From positions 12,605,899 through 12,669,898 of the forward strand of contig NC_057750.1 in NCBI RefSeq assembly GCF_004010195.1: 64,000 nucleotides of DNA. Reading direction: 5' to 3'. A model generated the notes under the pieces. The model did not search any database. It was not told the DNA's origin and worked only from the letters and a program-made list of their open reading frames with translations. Origin of the DNA: Chiloscyllium plagiosum. Its lineage: Eukaryota. The position numbers and the translations under genes were made by a program. Positions within the stretch are counted from its first letter, which is position 1. Every line of letters begins with the position of its first letter. Below, one piece after another: positions 37,012-50,692 of the stretch.

Positions 37012-37340
37012 CACTGTGGCTAATTGGTTAGTACTGCTGCCTCATAGCTTCAGGGACTGGGGTTAGATTCCACTCTCAGGCATCTGTCTGTGTGGAGTTT
37101 GCACATTCTTTCCATCTCTGCGTGTCCCACAGTCCAAAAATGTGCAGACTAGGTGGATTGGCCATGCTAAATTGCCCTTAGTATCCAGGGATATGCAGGT
37201 TAAATGGATTAGCATGGGATATATAAAGTTACAGAGATAAGGGGGTAGGGTAGGGCTGGGTGGGATACTGATCAGAGGGTTGGTATGGACTCTGAGCTGA
37301 ATGGCCTGCTCCCACACTCTAGAGGTTCTATGATTCTATG
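37012..37340 (+). mobile_element. HE1-type V-SINE
   Basis: tRNA head, gtggagtttgcacattct core, CR1 tail ending tctatgattctatg. Confidence 0.8.
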
Positions 37341-39239
37341 AAAACAATTCACTTCATTAAAACATTTTTCTGTCTCTCCTCCATTTCCTTTGACAATTGA
37401 CCTAACTTCTATGTCTTCTGGATAATGACTTTCCTGTCAATGAAAATGTTTTCTCATTTACTCTGTCAATGCTCCACATAATGTTGACCACTTTTAACAT
37501 GCTCAGTTTTGAAGAGAGCAATCCTAAGTCTCAGGTCTGTCATGTAACTGAGTTCCCTCATCTTTGGCAGCATCCACTCTCTCTAAGGCCTTGTCATGCT
37601 TCCTAAAATGTCATGTTCAGAATGGGATGCTCCAGTTAAGGCATAACCAGTGTTTTATAAACATTGACATTATCTTGTTTTGTACCCTTTCGGGGAACTT
37701 TTAATGCAAAAGGGGGAAAGTTTCAATGCATGCAGGAAGTTGAGTGAATGTCAGACCAAGACGCCAGCATTCTATTACCTTGGGATCTTGCAGGCAAGAG
37801 AAAGTATCAGTTATTAATTGATGTATGCAAATAAGAAATTAGCTGCTGTTTTAGCCAACTACCCTTTCATAGCAAACACATCTATGTCCAGAAACAAAAT
37901 CAGGAATTGAAAGTAAAACTCACCAGGTTTGGTAGCATCTGAGAAGAGAAAGCAGAGCTAAGATTTCAGGTTCAGTGATCCTTCTTTAGAACATCTATGA
38001 ACATCTGAGCATCTATGTCCGGAAAACTGTCAGCAATTCACCAGGCCATCCAAACAAGTGCACTATGGGAGAATTCCTTCAGTGAAACTAACAGGCTAAG
38101 AATGCTTTGAAGAGTGGAACTAAGGAACATAACTTATTGGTCAGTGAGACATTGGTGCTCAAGCCACTCTTGAAAGTGCGTTGTCACTGCTTGACAGATG
38201 GAACACAGTTTCCCTGCTTTGTCCTACATTCATCTTGAAATGCACTTAACTGCTGTCAGTCTTCACTACCACATAGGAGCACCTCACAGTTTTACCTTGC
38301 ATCTCTGATGAGTAATTAGAGAAACAGGTGTACCAACAGTAGCAACATCAGATGCAACCCTAACAATGTCACAGCCAACTTCTCCTCACCTGCATGCCAT
38401 TCTGTAGGTTAGAGGGAATGGAGAGCAAGATCAGCTCCAGAAGGCTGAGACCCCAAAACATACTTTATGTCTATTAAATAAAAGCTCCATCAAACAGGTG
38501 AGATTCTTTAATAACCAACAAAGTATTGTGAAAATGGAACTTAATCAGCAAAAATGTGTACTGATTAATACACAGTCTGAAATTGGAAAATATAAATATC
38601 TAACTAACTCTAACACATTAATTAAAAGAAAGGAATAAAGAACTTTTTTTGTAAAAGTTAATTGAAAAGTAAAGACTTTGGCCAATAATTGTTAGTTCTT
38701 GAAAGAAAAATAAGGATAAGATATGAAAGATGCAAGATCACTTTCAGTCAGTGACCTGGTACACATGGATATCTGTAACTAAACAAAGGCAGTTGTCACT
38801 GGGACCCTGAAACATAGTTTGTTCAGGAAATGTCACAAATTCATAGGCACTTTATGAGAGAAGTTACATCAGTTTTCGAGGTCTCACACTGAACCTTCCA
38901 AAAGCCTATTTTCAGAAAGGCAGAAAATGAATTAGATAACTTCTCTCTCTCTGCAGGCTGTATCCCACCAACTGAATTCCAAACAATATCTAAAACAAAT
39001 CCAAAATCCCAGACATGTGATTTCCAATAAACAAGTCCAAACAATTAGGTCAAAACATGTGATTTCCAAGAATTGTCTTTAGTAAGAAAAATCCCAATAT
39101 CCTTTTCACCTCCTCCTTTAAGTAAACAGCTCTGGTATGTTTTGGCACTACAAATTAACTACTGTCCACATCTCTTTAACATGAATTCTCAAAATAAGTT
39201 ACAGTTTTTGTCAAATCCCACAAACAACAGATCAGATCT

Positions 39240-41015
39240 AAACTCTGTAGTCCTGCCACATCCAGTAGTGAATGGTGGTGGACAATAAAGAATTCATCAG
39301 AGGAGGAGGCTCCACAAATATCCCCATCCTCAACGATGGAAGAGCCCAGTACATTGGTGCAAAGGATAAGGCAGAAGCTTTCACAGCAATCCTCAGCCAA
39401 AGGTGACGAGTGGATGATTCATCTCGGCTTCCTCCAGTGGTCCCCAGCGTTACATATACGAGTCTTTAGCTGACTCGATTCACTCCATGTAGTAACAAGA
39501 AATGGTTGGAGACACTGAATACTGCAAAGGCACGGGCCCTGATAACATTCCAGCAATAGTACTGAAGATTTGTGCTTCAGAACTTGCGGCTCCCCTAGCC
39601 AAGGTGTTCTAGTACATTTACAGCATGGTATCTAACTGGCAATGTGGAAAATTGCCCAAGTACGTCCTGTATATAAAAAACATGACAAATCCAATGGGGT
39701 CAATTCCTGCCCCGTTTGTCTACTCTCGACAATCTGTAAAGTGGTGGAAAGGGTCATCAACAATGCTATCAAGCAGCACCTGCTTAGCAATAACCTGCTC
39801 AGTGACGCCCAGTTTGGGTTCCGCCAGGGTCTCTCAGCTCCTGACCTCAATACAGCCTTGTTCCAAACATTGACAAAAGAGCTGAATTCCAGAGGGGAGG
39901 TGAGGGTGACAGCCCTTGACATCAAGGCTGCATTCAACTGCGGCATCAAGGAGTTCTAGCAAAACTGGAATCAATGGATATCAGGGGAAAACTTTCCACT
40001 GGTTGGAATCACACTGGACACATAGGAAGATGGTCATTGAAGGTCAGTTCTCTCAGCTCCAGGACATCTGTACAAGAGTTGCTCGGGGTGGTGTCCTAGG
40101 CCCAACCATCAACAGCTGTTTCACCAATCACCTTCCCTCCATCATAAGGTTAGAAGTGGGGATGTTTGTCGATGATTACACAATGTCAGCATCATTCGCG
40201 ACTCCTCAGACACTGAAGCAGTCCATGTTCAAATGCAGCAAGATCTGGACAATATCCAGGCTTGGTCTGACAAATGGTAAGTAACACAAATGCCATGCTA
40301 TAAACATCACAAATAAGAGAAAATCTAACCACTACCCCTTGACATTCAACAGTGTTCCAATCACTGCATCCCCCACTATCAACATCCTGGAGGTTATCAT
40401 GACCAAAAAGTCAATTGGACTCACCACATAAATGCATTGGCTACAAGATCAGGTCAGAAACTAGGAATACTAGCTCACCTCCTGACTCCTCAAAGCCTGT
40501 CCACCATCTACAAGGCACAAGTCAGGAGTGGGATGGAATACTCCCCACCTGCCTGACTGAGTGCAGCCCCAACAACACTCAAAATGTTTGACACCATCCA
40601 GGATAAAGCATCTCACTTGATTGGCACTACAGCAGAAGCATCCACTCCCACCACCACCAAGTATGTAGCAGTGTGTACCATCTAAAGATGCACTGCAGAA
40701 ATTCACCAAAAATCCTCAGACAGCACTTTCCAAACACACGACCACTTCCATCTAGAAGGACAAGGGCAGCAGATATGTGGTAACACCACCACCTTCAGCT
40801 TCCCCTCCAAGTGATTCACCATCCTGACTTGGAAATATATCATTGTTCCTTCATTATTGCTGGGTCACAATCCTGGAATTCCCTCCTTACTGGCATTGTG
40901 GGTTAACCCACAACAGATGGACTGCTGCTGTTCAAGAAGGCAGCTCACCTTCACCTTCTCAAGAGGCAACTAGGGATGGGTAATAAATGCTGTCCAGCCA
41001 ATGACGCCTACAACT
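39240..41015 (+). mobile_element. L2/CR1-group LINE, RT and 3' end, degenerate
   Basis: MWKIAQVRPVYKK...DAQFGFRQG...ALDIKAAF, GVLGP, MFVDD; tail gggatgggtaataaatgc. Confidence 0.88.
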
Positions 41016-41406
41016 GATTTCTTTTTAAAAATCCAACTGGAAGGCTGCTTCTTCTTTCATTTTATTGCTTTGTAGGATGAAAGAAAATTCCATACATTGT
41101 TTACACTTCAAGTTCACAATTTAAATTATCTGCGTTGAGGATGATCTGTTCTTATACAGAGTTATTTCTCAGCATTGATTAGATTATCAGTCAGGATTAC
41201 TGACCAGTACAGAGAAAATTTTAAAGCTTTACTGAATTAATCACTTAAGTCATTAACAGGTACCTCTCAACAACTGACTTTGGAACAAATATGAAAAATT
41301 ATATATAAAACTTGTTGTAAATGGAGAACGTACAATATTAATTCCAGTTACAAACTGGGTTACCATTCTTGATATTTAGTGTACTAATGATGCCTTATTA
41401 ATTGAG

Positions 41407-41618
41407 ATTTGGAGATGCCGGTGTTGGACTGGGGTGTACAAAGTTAAAAATCACACAACATCAGGTTATGGTCCAACAGGTTTAATTGGAAGCACACTAG
41501 CTTTCGGAGCGACGCTCCTTCATCAGGTGATAGTCCTGATGCAGGAGCGTCGCTCCGAAAGCTAGTGTGCTTCCAATTAAACCTGTTGGACTATAACCTG
41601 GTGTTGTGTGATTTTTAA
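41407..41618. mobile_element. Fold-back mini-element of a second PLE family, with hammerhead motifs
   Basis: Inverted arms centred at ~41530; core CTGATGA-A-GGAGC-GTC-GCTCC-GAAA-GCTA on the minus arm; 13-bp TSD cttattaattgag at 41394-41406 and 41619-41631. Confidence 0.85.
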
Positions 41619-41708
41619 CTTATTAATTGAGTGTTGTGTGTTTTTCAGTTTTAATTGTCATAGCTTTTGTTTTGTTAAAATATATTTACGTTACTAATCT
41701 CATTCCAG

Positions 41709-41851
41709 GGGAGCCTGATCCAACTGATATGCATCATACAACGTCCTCTTCAAGTGCTTCATTTCAGTCATCATCCAGCCCTGTTATAAACCAGAATAGA
41801 CATCATGGCAGCATCTGGCAACAAAATGTGTTCCTGAATCCTCAATATTGA
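41709..41851 (+). CDS. CATSPERG: CatSper gamma cytoplasmic-tail exon ending in TGA
   Basis: Branch-like tactaat and acceptor cattccag|. Only the required phase 1 stays open to the exon end: (G)EPDPTDMHHTTSSSSASFQSSSSPVINQNRHHGSIWQQNVFLNPQY*. Ser-rich tail, little recognisable homology. Confidence 0.65.
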
Positions 41852-42048
41852 AGTAGGTTTTCATTGCTTTGGTTGTAGTTCTTTACTGCTGTAGTTACAA
41901 TTTTACAATGAGAAGTATGACTAAGTTAGGACAGGTAATTTGATTCACTTCCTTGTCCCACTCCTCTGCTGGTCAAACAAAGTTTGAATTTATAAACGGA
42001 GGTAATGTTACCAATTTTATATGTATAGGTAGAGATGTAGATGTACAA

Positions 42049-42266
42049 TCCCAGGGCTTCTGCCTCAGAACACTTCAACCCCAGGGCATCAATGTGGACT
42101 TCACCAGTTTCCTCATTTCCCCTCCCCCCGCCTCTATTCCTGATGAAGGACTTGCCCGAAACGTCGATTTTCCTGTTCCTCGGATGCGGCCTGACCTGCC
42201 GTGCTTTTCTAGCACCACTCTGATCTAAACTCTGGTTTCCAGCATCTGCAGTCCTCACTTTTGCCT
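42049..42266 (+). mobile_element. PLE 3' fragment
   Basis: FCLRTLQPQGINVDF followed by a hammerhead-like core at ~42140 and the terminal tail. Confidence 0.8.
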
Positions 42267-43094
42267 TGTAGATGTATGTGGCTCAGTATCAGAAACACAT
42301 CACTCATGAACCATAAGTGACAAATAAATCACTAGTTTATTGAAAGCATAATTTACTGCACATAGTAGAGATATAAAGGTTATTAACAGGTTTAAACTGT
42401 CCAAATATATACAGCTACTCTTCTGGAACAATAACACACAAACACAATGTTCCAATCTGGGGAAATTATAAAACACTGCAGGGTGATATCTTAAAAGTAG
42501 TAGTTAAATTCAGAAAAAAAGTCAAATGGTCTGCAGCCAAAGTGACTTTGCCCATCAGCTTTCAAATCTGAGCCGTCTTCCTTTTGGTTTGCTTTCCTAG
42601 AGACTGTGGTGTAGATTTCAAATTTCCCTTTATGAAAACTCCATTGTGGTGATGAAGTATTTCAGTGGGTTTTCAATTCACAAAATATCAAACTCACAAA
42701 CTGAGTCAAGTGGCCTTTCTCTTCAAGTATTTTACATTCAGTGACTTCATTCAAACTGCTTGAGTTCTTTGCAAATGATACATTTATCTGTATTTCAACC
42801 AGTATCATTTCCTTTGCAAAGTATTCCTTCTATAAATTAATATTTCTTCACAGACATAAATCTACACTGAACAGATGAATCCATTAACTATATTATGATT
42901 GGTACCAGCATTTACTGTAAAATCAGTTTGGTTAATTTTCAATTGAGTGCCCAGTGGAATTACATATGGTGTCTGTTACCTCAAGTGTGACATTTAGACT
43001 CTTCAGCATCTGAAAAAGCTTAAGCTGGCCATTTTGTTATGTATGAGGAATTTGATTTTTTTTCAGAGAAGGGGCTAATATAGTGACCTGGAGA

Positions 43095-43650
43095 ATGTCT
43101 ATACTTGTCAGGCATTTAATAAAGTTCCTTATAAGAGACAGCTAGCTAAATTTGAAGCTGATGGAATTGAAGGCACACTATTGACCTGCAAGGCCCAAGC
43201 TGAGGCCTAAACAATTCACTGTGTTTATCAACAACTTAGATGATGCTATTCAAAGTCTGATATCCATATTTGCTGATGACAGGAAGATAAGCAGTAGTGT
43301 AGATAATGTAAATGAAAACATAACATTACAAAGACATTTTGATAGATTTTATGAATTGTTAAAACTGTACAAAATGTGACATAATCCACTTTGAACCTAA
43401 AAGGGATAAATCTGGGCCATCTTTAAATAATGAGAAGGTAGAAACTGCAAAGATTCAAAGAGATTTGACAGCTTAGGTACAGAGATCTTTAAAATAATGT
43501 AAACTTGTGCAGGAAATAACCAAAAAGCTAATGGAATTAGATCCTTTGTATCATTTTGGCATAGAATACAAGGAGTTAGAAATCATGCTTCAAATATTTG
43601 AATCATTTGTTGGACCACACAAGTATTGTGAATAGTTCTGGTCTGTACGT
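43095..43650 (+). mobile_element. Old CR1 RT fragment
   Basis: AFNKVP, FADD and EYCE.FW-like motifs. Confidence 0.6.
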
Positions 43651-44154
43651 TGGTGACCAAGTTGGTGATTTCATGTATGTGAAAGTGAGAAGTGTTTCTT
43701 CTTCAGAATTGTCTTCATACTATTGTACCTTTTACTATTCTACCATTATATGGGTATTTAAATAGAGGAAAAGACAAGGTGGGATTGTGTTGGGATGAAG
43801 GAGACAGATCTTAACATAAACTGCAGCTTACACCATCTGCAGTTTATCAGTCTAGAGAGAAGCAGGATTAAGCTTGAGTCTACCCTCACTTTTAATGTTC
43901 CATTCCCACTCACCTCAGTCATGGTCACTTCAATAATTGTCATCATTGTATGCTCTGTTGGGACTTCATTGCAACTGTGTCCATCCAGTTGGGCACTGTC
44001 CTGTCTGGTTTCTCTAACACCTTATCCTGTAAGAGAAAGGAAAATGTGTCAGTTGCAATGTGATTATCATGGTTGAATAGCTGGCATTGTGTAAAATCTG
44101 AGATGTGAATAAGTGGCTTGCAGTCGGGCTGAATCTGTGAGGTTAAAATCAGCT

Positions 44155-44777
44155 AGGCAAAAGTGAGGACTGCAGATGCTGGAAATCAGAGTCTAGGCTA
44201 GAGTGGTGCTGGAAAAGCACAGTAGATCAGGCAGCTTCTGAGGAGCAGGAAAATCGACGTTTCAGGCAAAAACCCTTCATCAAGACTGAAGGCAGGGAGC
44301 CTCCAGGGTAGAGAGATAAATGGGAGAGGGGTAGGGCTGGGGAGAAGGTAGCAAAGAGTACGATAGGTGAATGGTGGTGGGGAGGAAGGTAATAGGTTAG
44401 AGAGGAGGGTGGAGGAAGGTAGCAAAGAGTACAATGGGTGCTGGAGGTGGGGATGAAGGTGATAGGTCAGAGAGAAAGGTGGAGCGGATAGTTGGGAAGG
44501 GAGATTGGCAGGTAGGACTGGTCATGAGGATGGTGCTGAGCTGGAAGGTTGGTACTGGGGTAAGGTGGGGGGGAGGGGAAATGAGGAAACTGGTGAAGTC
44601 CACATTGATGCCCTGGGGTTGAAGTGTTCCGAGGTGGAAGATGAGGCGTTCTTCCTCCAGGTGCGGGTAGTGAGGGAATGGTGGTCGAGAAGGCCCAGAG
44701 CCTGCATGCCCTCAGCAGAGTGGGAGGGGGAGTTGAAATGTTGGGCCATGGGATGGTGGGTTTGAATGGTGCGGGTC
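44155..44777 (-). mobile_element. PLE 3' fragment including the GIY-YIG C-terminal half
   Basis: AQHFNSPSHS...LEEERLIFHLGTLQPQGINVDF, UTR with a short internal duplication, terminal repeat. Confidence 0.85.
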
Positions 44778-44799
44778 TAAAGCTTGATCACTCCAGTAG

Positions 44800-46130
44800 G
44801 GAAACTTGATTCAAACATGGTTACCAAAATAACTTAAAGAATGCATGCCTTATAATAATGCCAAATGTAGTATAATGGCTGAGGATTAGACAATTTAGGA
44901 TCCGGCAAAGGAGACCAGGAAACCAAGAACTGATAAGGAAAGAGAAAAGAAAAGATTAATGCAAGTGCAGAAGGAATATAAAGGCAGACTTTAAAAGCTT
45001 ATATCAATCTGTAAAAGGGAAAAGAGAGTAGCTAGATCAAATATGGACCCATTACAGACAGGTACAGGTGAAATTACAGTGGAGAACGGAAATAACGGAG
45101 AAGCCAAACAGTTACTTTGTGTCTGTATTTGCAAAAGGACATAAAGAAAATCTCCCAGAAACATTAGGTGACCAAGGAATTTGTGCGTCTGAGCAGTTAA
45201 AAAAATTAGCATCAGTAAAGAGGTAGTACTTGAAAAAAATAACTAAATTAAGACTTGATGAATCTCCTGATTGAGATGAGCTTTATCACAGAGCTATGAA
45301 GGAGGTTACAATAAGGATAGTGAATGCCATAAATTTTGGAAAGATTCCTGTTGATTGCAAGATCGCATATGTAACTCCACTACTTAAGAAGGGTGTAATA
45401 TGGACAATGAGAACTACAGAACAGATAGCTTGATATCAGTAAAATGTTAGAATCTGTTGTAAAGAATGTGATAGCTGAATGCTTAGACAAGAATGGTTAA
45501 ATTACACAGAGTTAACATAAATTTATGAAAGGGAAATCATGTTTGAGCATGTTACTTGTGGCATAGACAAAGGAGAAAGAGTAAATATGGTGAATTTGGA
45601 TTTTCAGAAAGCTCTTGGTAAGATTTCATACAGTTTAGTCAATAAAGTGAGAACATCTGGGATTTGGCGCAATATATTAGTGTGGATTGAGAATTTGTTA
45701 AGCAAAGAATAGGAATAAACTGATCTCTCTCATTCTAGCAGGTACTAGAAGGGTCAGTGCTCGGTGCACACTGTATATGAATGATTTGAATATAGGGAGC
45801 AATTGTAATATTACCACATTCGCTGATTCCATCAAGCTGTGTAGGGAGTTGAGTTATGAGGAGAATGCAAGGATGCTGCAAGAGGACATGGACAGGATGA
45901 GTGAAACTATTCACTTCGGTAGAAAAACAGAAAGGTAGAATATTTATTAAATAGTGAGAATTTGGGAAGTGCATATGTCCAAAGAAATCTGGGTGTCCTT
46001 GTCCATGGGTCACTAAAAAGCATGCAGTAGCAGCAGCAATTAGGAGCGCAAATGGTACATTAACTTAATTTCAAGGAGATTTGCAAAAGTAAAGATGTCT
46101 TGCTGCAGTTGCATAGAGCCTTACTTGGAG
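44800..46130 (+). mobile_element. Old CR1 ORF2 fragment
   Basis: Degenerate RT (FMKGKSCL, LDFQKA, GSVLG). Adjacent minus-strand CR1 pieces at ~46140-46498 and ~46985-47265. Confidence 0.7.
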
Positions 46131-46498
46131 AGTTGTTTCCTGAAGATAGGATTTCTGTCTTGAGCCTGGTCAATGATTAATATTCCACAAGCCTATGGAG
46201 CACAAATTCCAAAGATTCAGCACCCTCTGTGCGAAGATATTCATTTTCATCTTGGTCCTAAGTTATGTACCCTGGTTCTAGAATCATCAGTCAGAGGAAA
46301 TATCCTATCTACATTCACCTGTGAGATCTTAGAAGAATTTTATAAGTTTAACTTCTCATTCTTAGAAACTCTAGGAAATACTGTTCCTGTTTCCTCAATC
46401 TCTTCTCATAAAATAATCCCACTATTCTTGGAATTAATCTGGTGAATCTCCATTAGGCTCTCATTATGGCAAGCATATCCTTCCTTTAGATTAGGAAA

Positions 46499-46710
46499 GA
46501 GCTGAAAATGTGTTGCTGGAAAAGCGCAGCAGGTCAGGCAGCATCCAAGGAGCAGGAGAATCGACGTTTTGGGCATGAGTCCTTCTTCAGGAAAGGCTCA
46601 TGCCCAAAACGTCGATTCTCCTGCTCCTTGGATGCTGCCTGACCTGCTGCGCTTTTCCAGCAACACATTTTCAGCTCTGATCTCCAGCATCTGCAGTCCT
46701 CACTTTCTCG
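46499..46710. mobile_element. Fold-back PLE mini-element
   Basis: Perfect 81-bp inverted arms (46499-46579 and 46597-46677) plus a ~32-nt tail; 14-bp TSD tttagattaggaaa at 46485-46498 and 46711-46724. Confidence 0.9.
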
Positions 46711-47569
46711 TTTAGATTAGGAAACCAAGGTAATAGATTTCTGGAGAGTAATTACACTAAAGAATATGAAGATATAAGTGTGGGAAAGATCATCTATGAT
46801 CTGGCAGGCTTGGTGGGTTTAAAGACTGTTATGACAAACACTGCTAATCTCGACCTTCTTACTTGTACATAGTGATGATCACCCAGTCAGCTGAATCAAA
46901 CCTTCAGCATTCCAATAGCTTGTTTCATGAACACTATTGCGCTTGTGTGACTTTGGTTGCACTTTTTCCATTCACTATTGGTAGGACTACACACAGTTAA
47001 GGCCATAGAGTGAAGCCCATCCAGTCTGCTTCATTATCCAATGAGATCATGGCTGATATGACAGACCCCAACTATACTTTGCTGCCTTTTCCCTGTAATT
47101 CCTGATTTCCTTGCAGTTTAATCATCTCCCTGTCTCGGCCTCGAATCTACTAAATGAACTAGCCTCAACAGCCAGCTGTGGTAAAGAATTCCACAGGTTC
47201 ACTACCCTCTGAGTCAAGAAATTCCAGCTTATCTCTGTGGTAAATGTGCTACCCCTTATTCGTAATTATCAGCATATGATAGCATCAGTAATGACCTTAG
47301 AGGGAAACCCTCATCTTCAAGGACATATAAGTATTTAATCAGTTTGGCAGAATGTGTGAAGAGAGAAATTGAGTTAATTTTTCAGGCTGATAACCTTTAA
47401 TTAGAACTGGAAAAGGTTACAGATATGACAATAACTGCAGAGACAGTGAATTTTGAAGGGCAGATAGAACAAAGAAGGTCTGTGGTAGTCAGAAGGCAGG
47501 AGATGTTAAATGTCAAAAGGACTGGCAGTGCAAGAAGATCTTGATCAGAGGTTTTAAAAAGTCTGAACA

Positions 47570-50527
47570 TTGTGGACTATGGTGGGATTTGTGACAGGAT
47601 TGGATGAGAAATCTGGCAAGGCCCATCTCAATGTAAAAGCAGTACCTTGCTCCATCTTTTCTGTTTTTCACAAATTATAGGGAGTTTCTCACTATGCAGC
47701 CACTGGTCGCCACTTCAGGGGATTATTGCTTGTTATATATCGTGCCCAATTAGCCTCATTGTTATCAGCTTTTTATCTTACCAAACTTGGCAAACAAGTT
47801 CAACATTGAGGAAGCTCAACATAGAACCCAGAGTGGAGACTTGGTGGATTCAGTTCCCTGCTTGTTCCAAAAGACTTCTTCATGGCATTTGATCAAAATG
47901 CAGCCCAAGGCATGATCCGTGGGCCCCAGCTGCATGCCTCCCTTGTGCACAGACATGGACATCGGCCAACCACTCATGACCGTCATATCACTTCTCCGAT
48001 ACACTGGCAGGGCCCTCTGGACTTGCATTGCAGGGCACACTGACAACTAGCATTAGAAGGTTGCAGAAGGCAGACTCTGTGCACATTGACAGGCACTGAC
48101 TCACGCGTCTCAGTTCTGCTTGTTTGCTTTCTTAGTTCTCCCTCACTTAGGGTCTTCGAAATGCTCGCAGCCACCATGCCTTGTTCTACCTTGCCTTACC
48201 TTGTCATGTCAATTACAGCAGTCACACTGCCAGTCAGCTTGCCTTGCTGTTTGGTCAAGTCAATACATTTTGTTGTACAACAGTGTGATAAGTGAATCTC
48301 ACACCTGCATTAAGTGCCAGTAGAGTATATGGTAAACATATCCCTCTGCAGTAAGCAAGAAGTCATGTCTCAGTTTTAGGGGTGCAGTCCTTACCAAAAT
48401 CCATGCAGGGACCTGTCATTCGAGGAGGGTCAGTCAAGGAGGGTCTCCCGTACCAACCAGGGTTTTGGCCAGTCAGGTGCCTGGTCAGGGTATTCTTGGT
48501 CCAGTAGTCCATACCTCTGCTGTCCAGGGAGTCAGTCACGGTTAGTATCATGGCTCCATAGCTGCTAGTCAAGGGGCTATTCCTAATGTGATTGAGAAAT
48601 GTACAGCCATCAGTCAGGAGTCTGGGAACTTCTTGTCTGGGGCTGTCCAATTGGATCGTTCAGGGTGTGTTGGCTTCATCCACAGAAACAAAGGCATTTG
48701 GGAGATGGGGTTGCAAAAGTAGCCATTGTTGCACAAATGTGACTTAGCATGGTGGTCTTCACAAATTGGGGGTTACAGACTGGGTGAAAGAGGGATGACA
48801 CCTGGGAATGGGTGCAACAGTACCTGCAAGGGAGGGGAATATAATAAAGTATGGATGGGAATGGGGTCGTGCAGGAGATGAGGTTAATCCACAGTCAGGA
48901 ACACCTCATTTCAGGGGATGGTGGTAGGGGACTGTGAATGACAACACCTGTCATGGTTACCTGAGGAATTGGGTGGGAAAGGTTGGTACTTGTAGGTGCA
49001 TGTATATGGATTGGATGGGGACCTGGGGAGATGGAAAACCAATGGGGTTTAAGCTACTGTCTGAGGAGCACACATTGTCGCTTTCCATCCTGATGCAAAC
49101 TGAAATTGAGTAATGGGGAAGAAAATGGCTGCAACCACACTCGGGGTGGGTGGGGTAAGTGACTCTACCTGTGAAAAGTTGTTGCAGGCAATAGTTGGAG
49201 TAGCAGAGCATGAGCCTTGATGGGGTGTGGATGCAGTAGTCGAGGTACAGAGAGTGTGAGGTGGCAAAGAGAAGTTCCAAAATAATCTTTGTATTTTCAA
49301 GACTACTAACTTAATTTTATGTTTTGTTTAGCTGTGTTTGAGTTGCATTAAATATTTTGGAGGGATTTCTGATGTGATATCTCATGTGATTTCTCACCAT
49401 ATCGGACCAAACTCACCTCATTAACTATGTAGCTCAGCCCTACAGTCTCTCATGCCACATTCCAAGCTCGTCTTACCACACACCGTTCCTGAAACAATTT
49501 GACACTTGTAGGAATCCCAGAACTCAGGCATCCGTTTTGAGGTGTCATCTTGAAAAGCCTGTTGCCTACCTGCACTAGCACCATCAGTCCAGAGTTTTTT
49601 TTTCAAGTTGCTCATTAATGGGACATGAGCAATGCTGACTAGGCTAGCATTTACTACTGGTCCTGAACTGCTCCTTGAGAAGCTGCCCTACCGAGTTCCT
49701 GACATTTGCAATGTTAATGGCAGATGGGGGATGTCATCACCCAACCTAGCAGACGGGGCATTGGAGGTTCTCCTCGACAGAGTGTTGGAGAGATGGGGCG
49801 TCTTGCTTCCTCAGGAACAGCAGTGAAGGTGACAAGACTAGACCATGCCAGCCTGATCCAGTGTACTCATTCCACTTAAAGCACTCCCAGCTCTATCTGA
49901 AGGAATCCTGAGGAACATATTAAGAAAGTGGTCAGAACAGATTTACAACAATGTTGCCAGCCTATAGGGAGAGGCTGAAAAGGTTGCGGCTATTTTCCCT
50001 GGATTGTCGGAGGCTGAGGAGTGACCTTATAGAGGTTTATAAAATCTGCCCAGTCTGTTTATATTAATAAAGGCTTCTTGGGGGGGGCTACTTCCATAAT
50101 ATTGTGAAGAATGTACTTATTTTATACCCTTATTTAATCTCTCCATGGCTCCTGATGTCTGCCAAAAGTGAAGGGTGTAACGGCAAAGAAAGTTGGTGGA
50201 CAGACACGGGGGTTGGCATGAATTGGAAGTAAGTTGAAATAGAGACAAGGAGGAAACATGGGTAATGGGTGAAGAGATGATGGGCTATGAGGGGTGAGGG
50301 TGAGAGGACCTAAATATCAGAGGGATGGCCCATTAAACACTGCCTTGACATCCACCATTCCCTCTGGCCATGTCTGATCTGTATGGGCGATGGTTGGTCG
50401 CTATCCATTACCCATATTCCCAGAATTAAGATCAAGACTAAAAGGGCATTTTTTTTCTCAAAAGATATATTAAAAGCCACTAAATTTCTTGACTCACATT
50501 ACCCACCTCGGGCACAAAAATCCAGTC
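47570..50527. mobile_element. Probable decayed Harbinger-type element(s) with Myb/SANT-like remnants
   Basis: Plus-strand SPNLADGALEVLLDRVLERWGVLLP (~49730-49815) resembles the N-terminus of Harbinger Myb-like proteins; a similar minus-strand remnant lies at ~49410-49550. Boundaries uncertain. Confidence 0.4.
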
Positions 50528-50692
50528 AATGACTTTATTGCCGCCCATTTTATACTTGTTATCTTAACATTGGTTTATTATTACTGAATAGATATTCCAT
50601 AATCAACACCTGTTCGAATCTGGAATCTATACTTTCCCACTGTACTTTATTTCTTACATATAGCTAAACTTTTATTTTTATCTGTTCCACAG

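Noticed and set aside
38403..39222. AT-rich LTR-like block (a similar one at ~42275-43088)
   Set aside because: No matching TSD or sister copy seen in the window; cannot be classified.
46499..46710. Palindromic dispersed repeats considered as CRISPR, REP or terminator elements
   Set aside because: Eukaryotic context, no spacer array; explained as PLE termini with TSDs.
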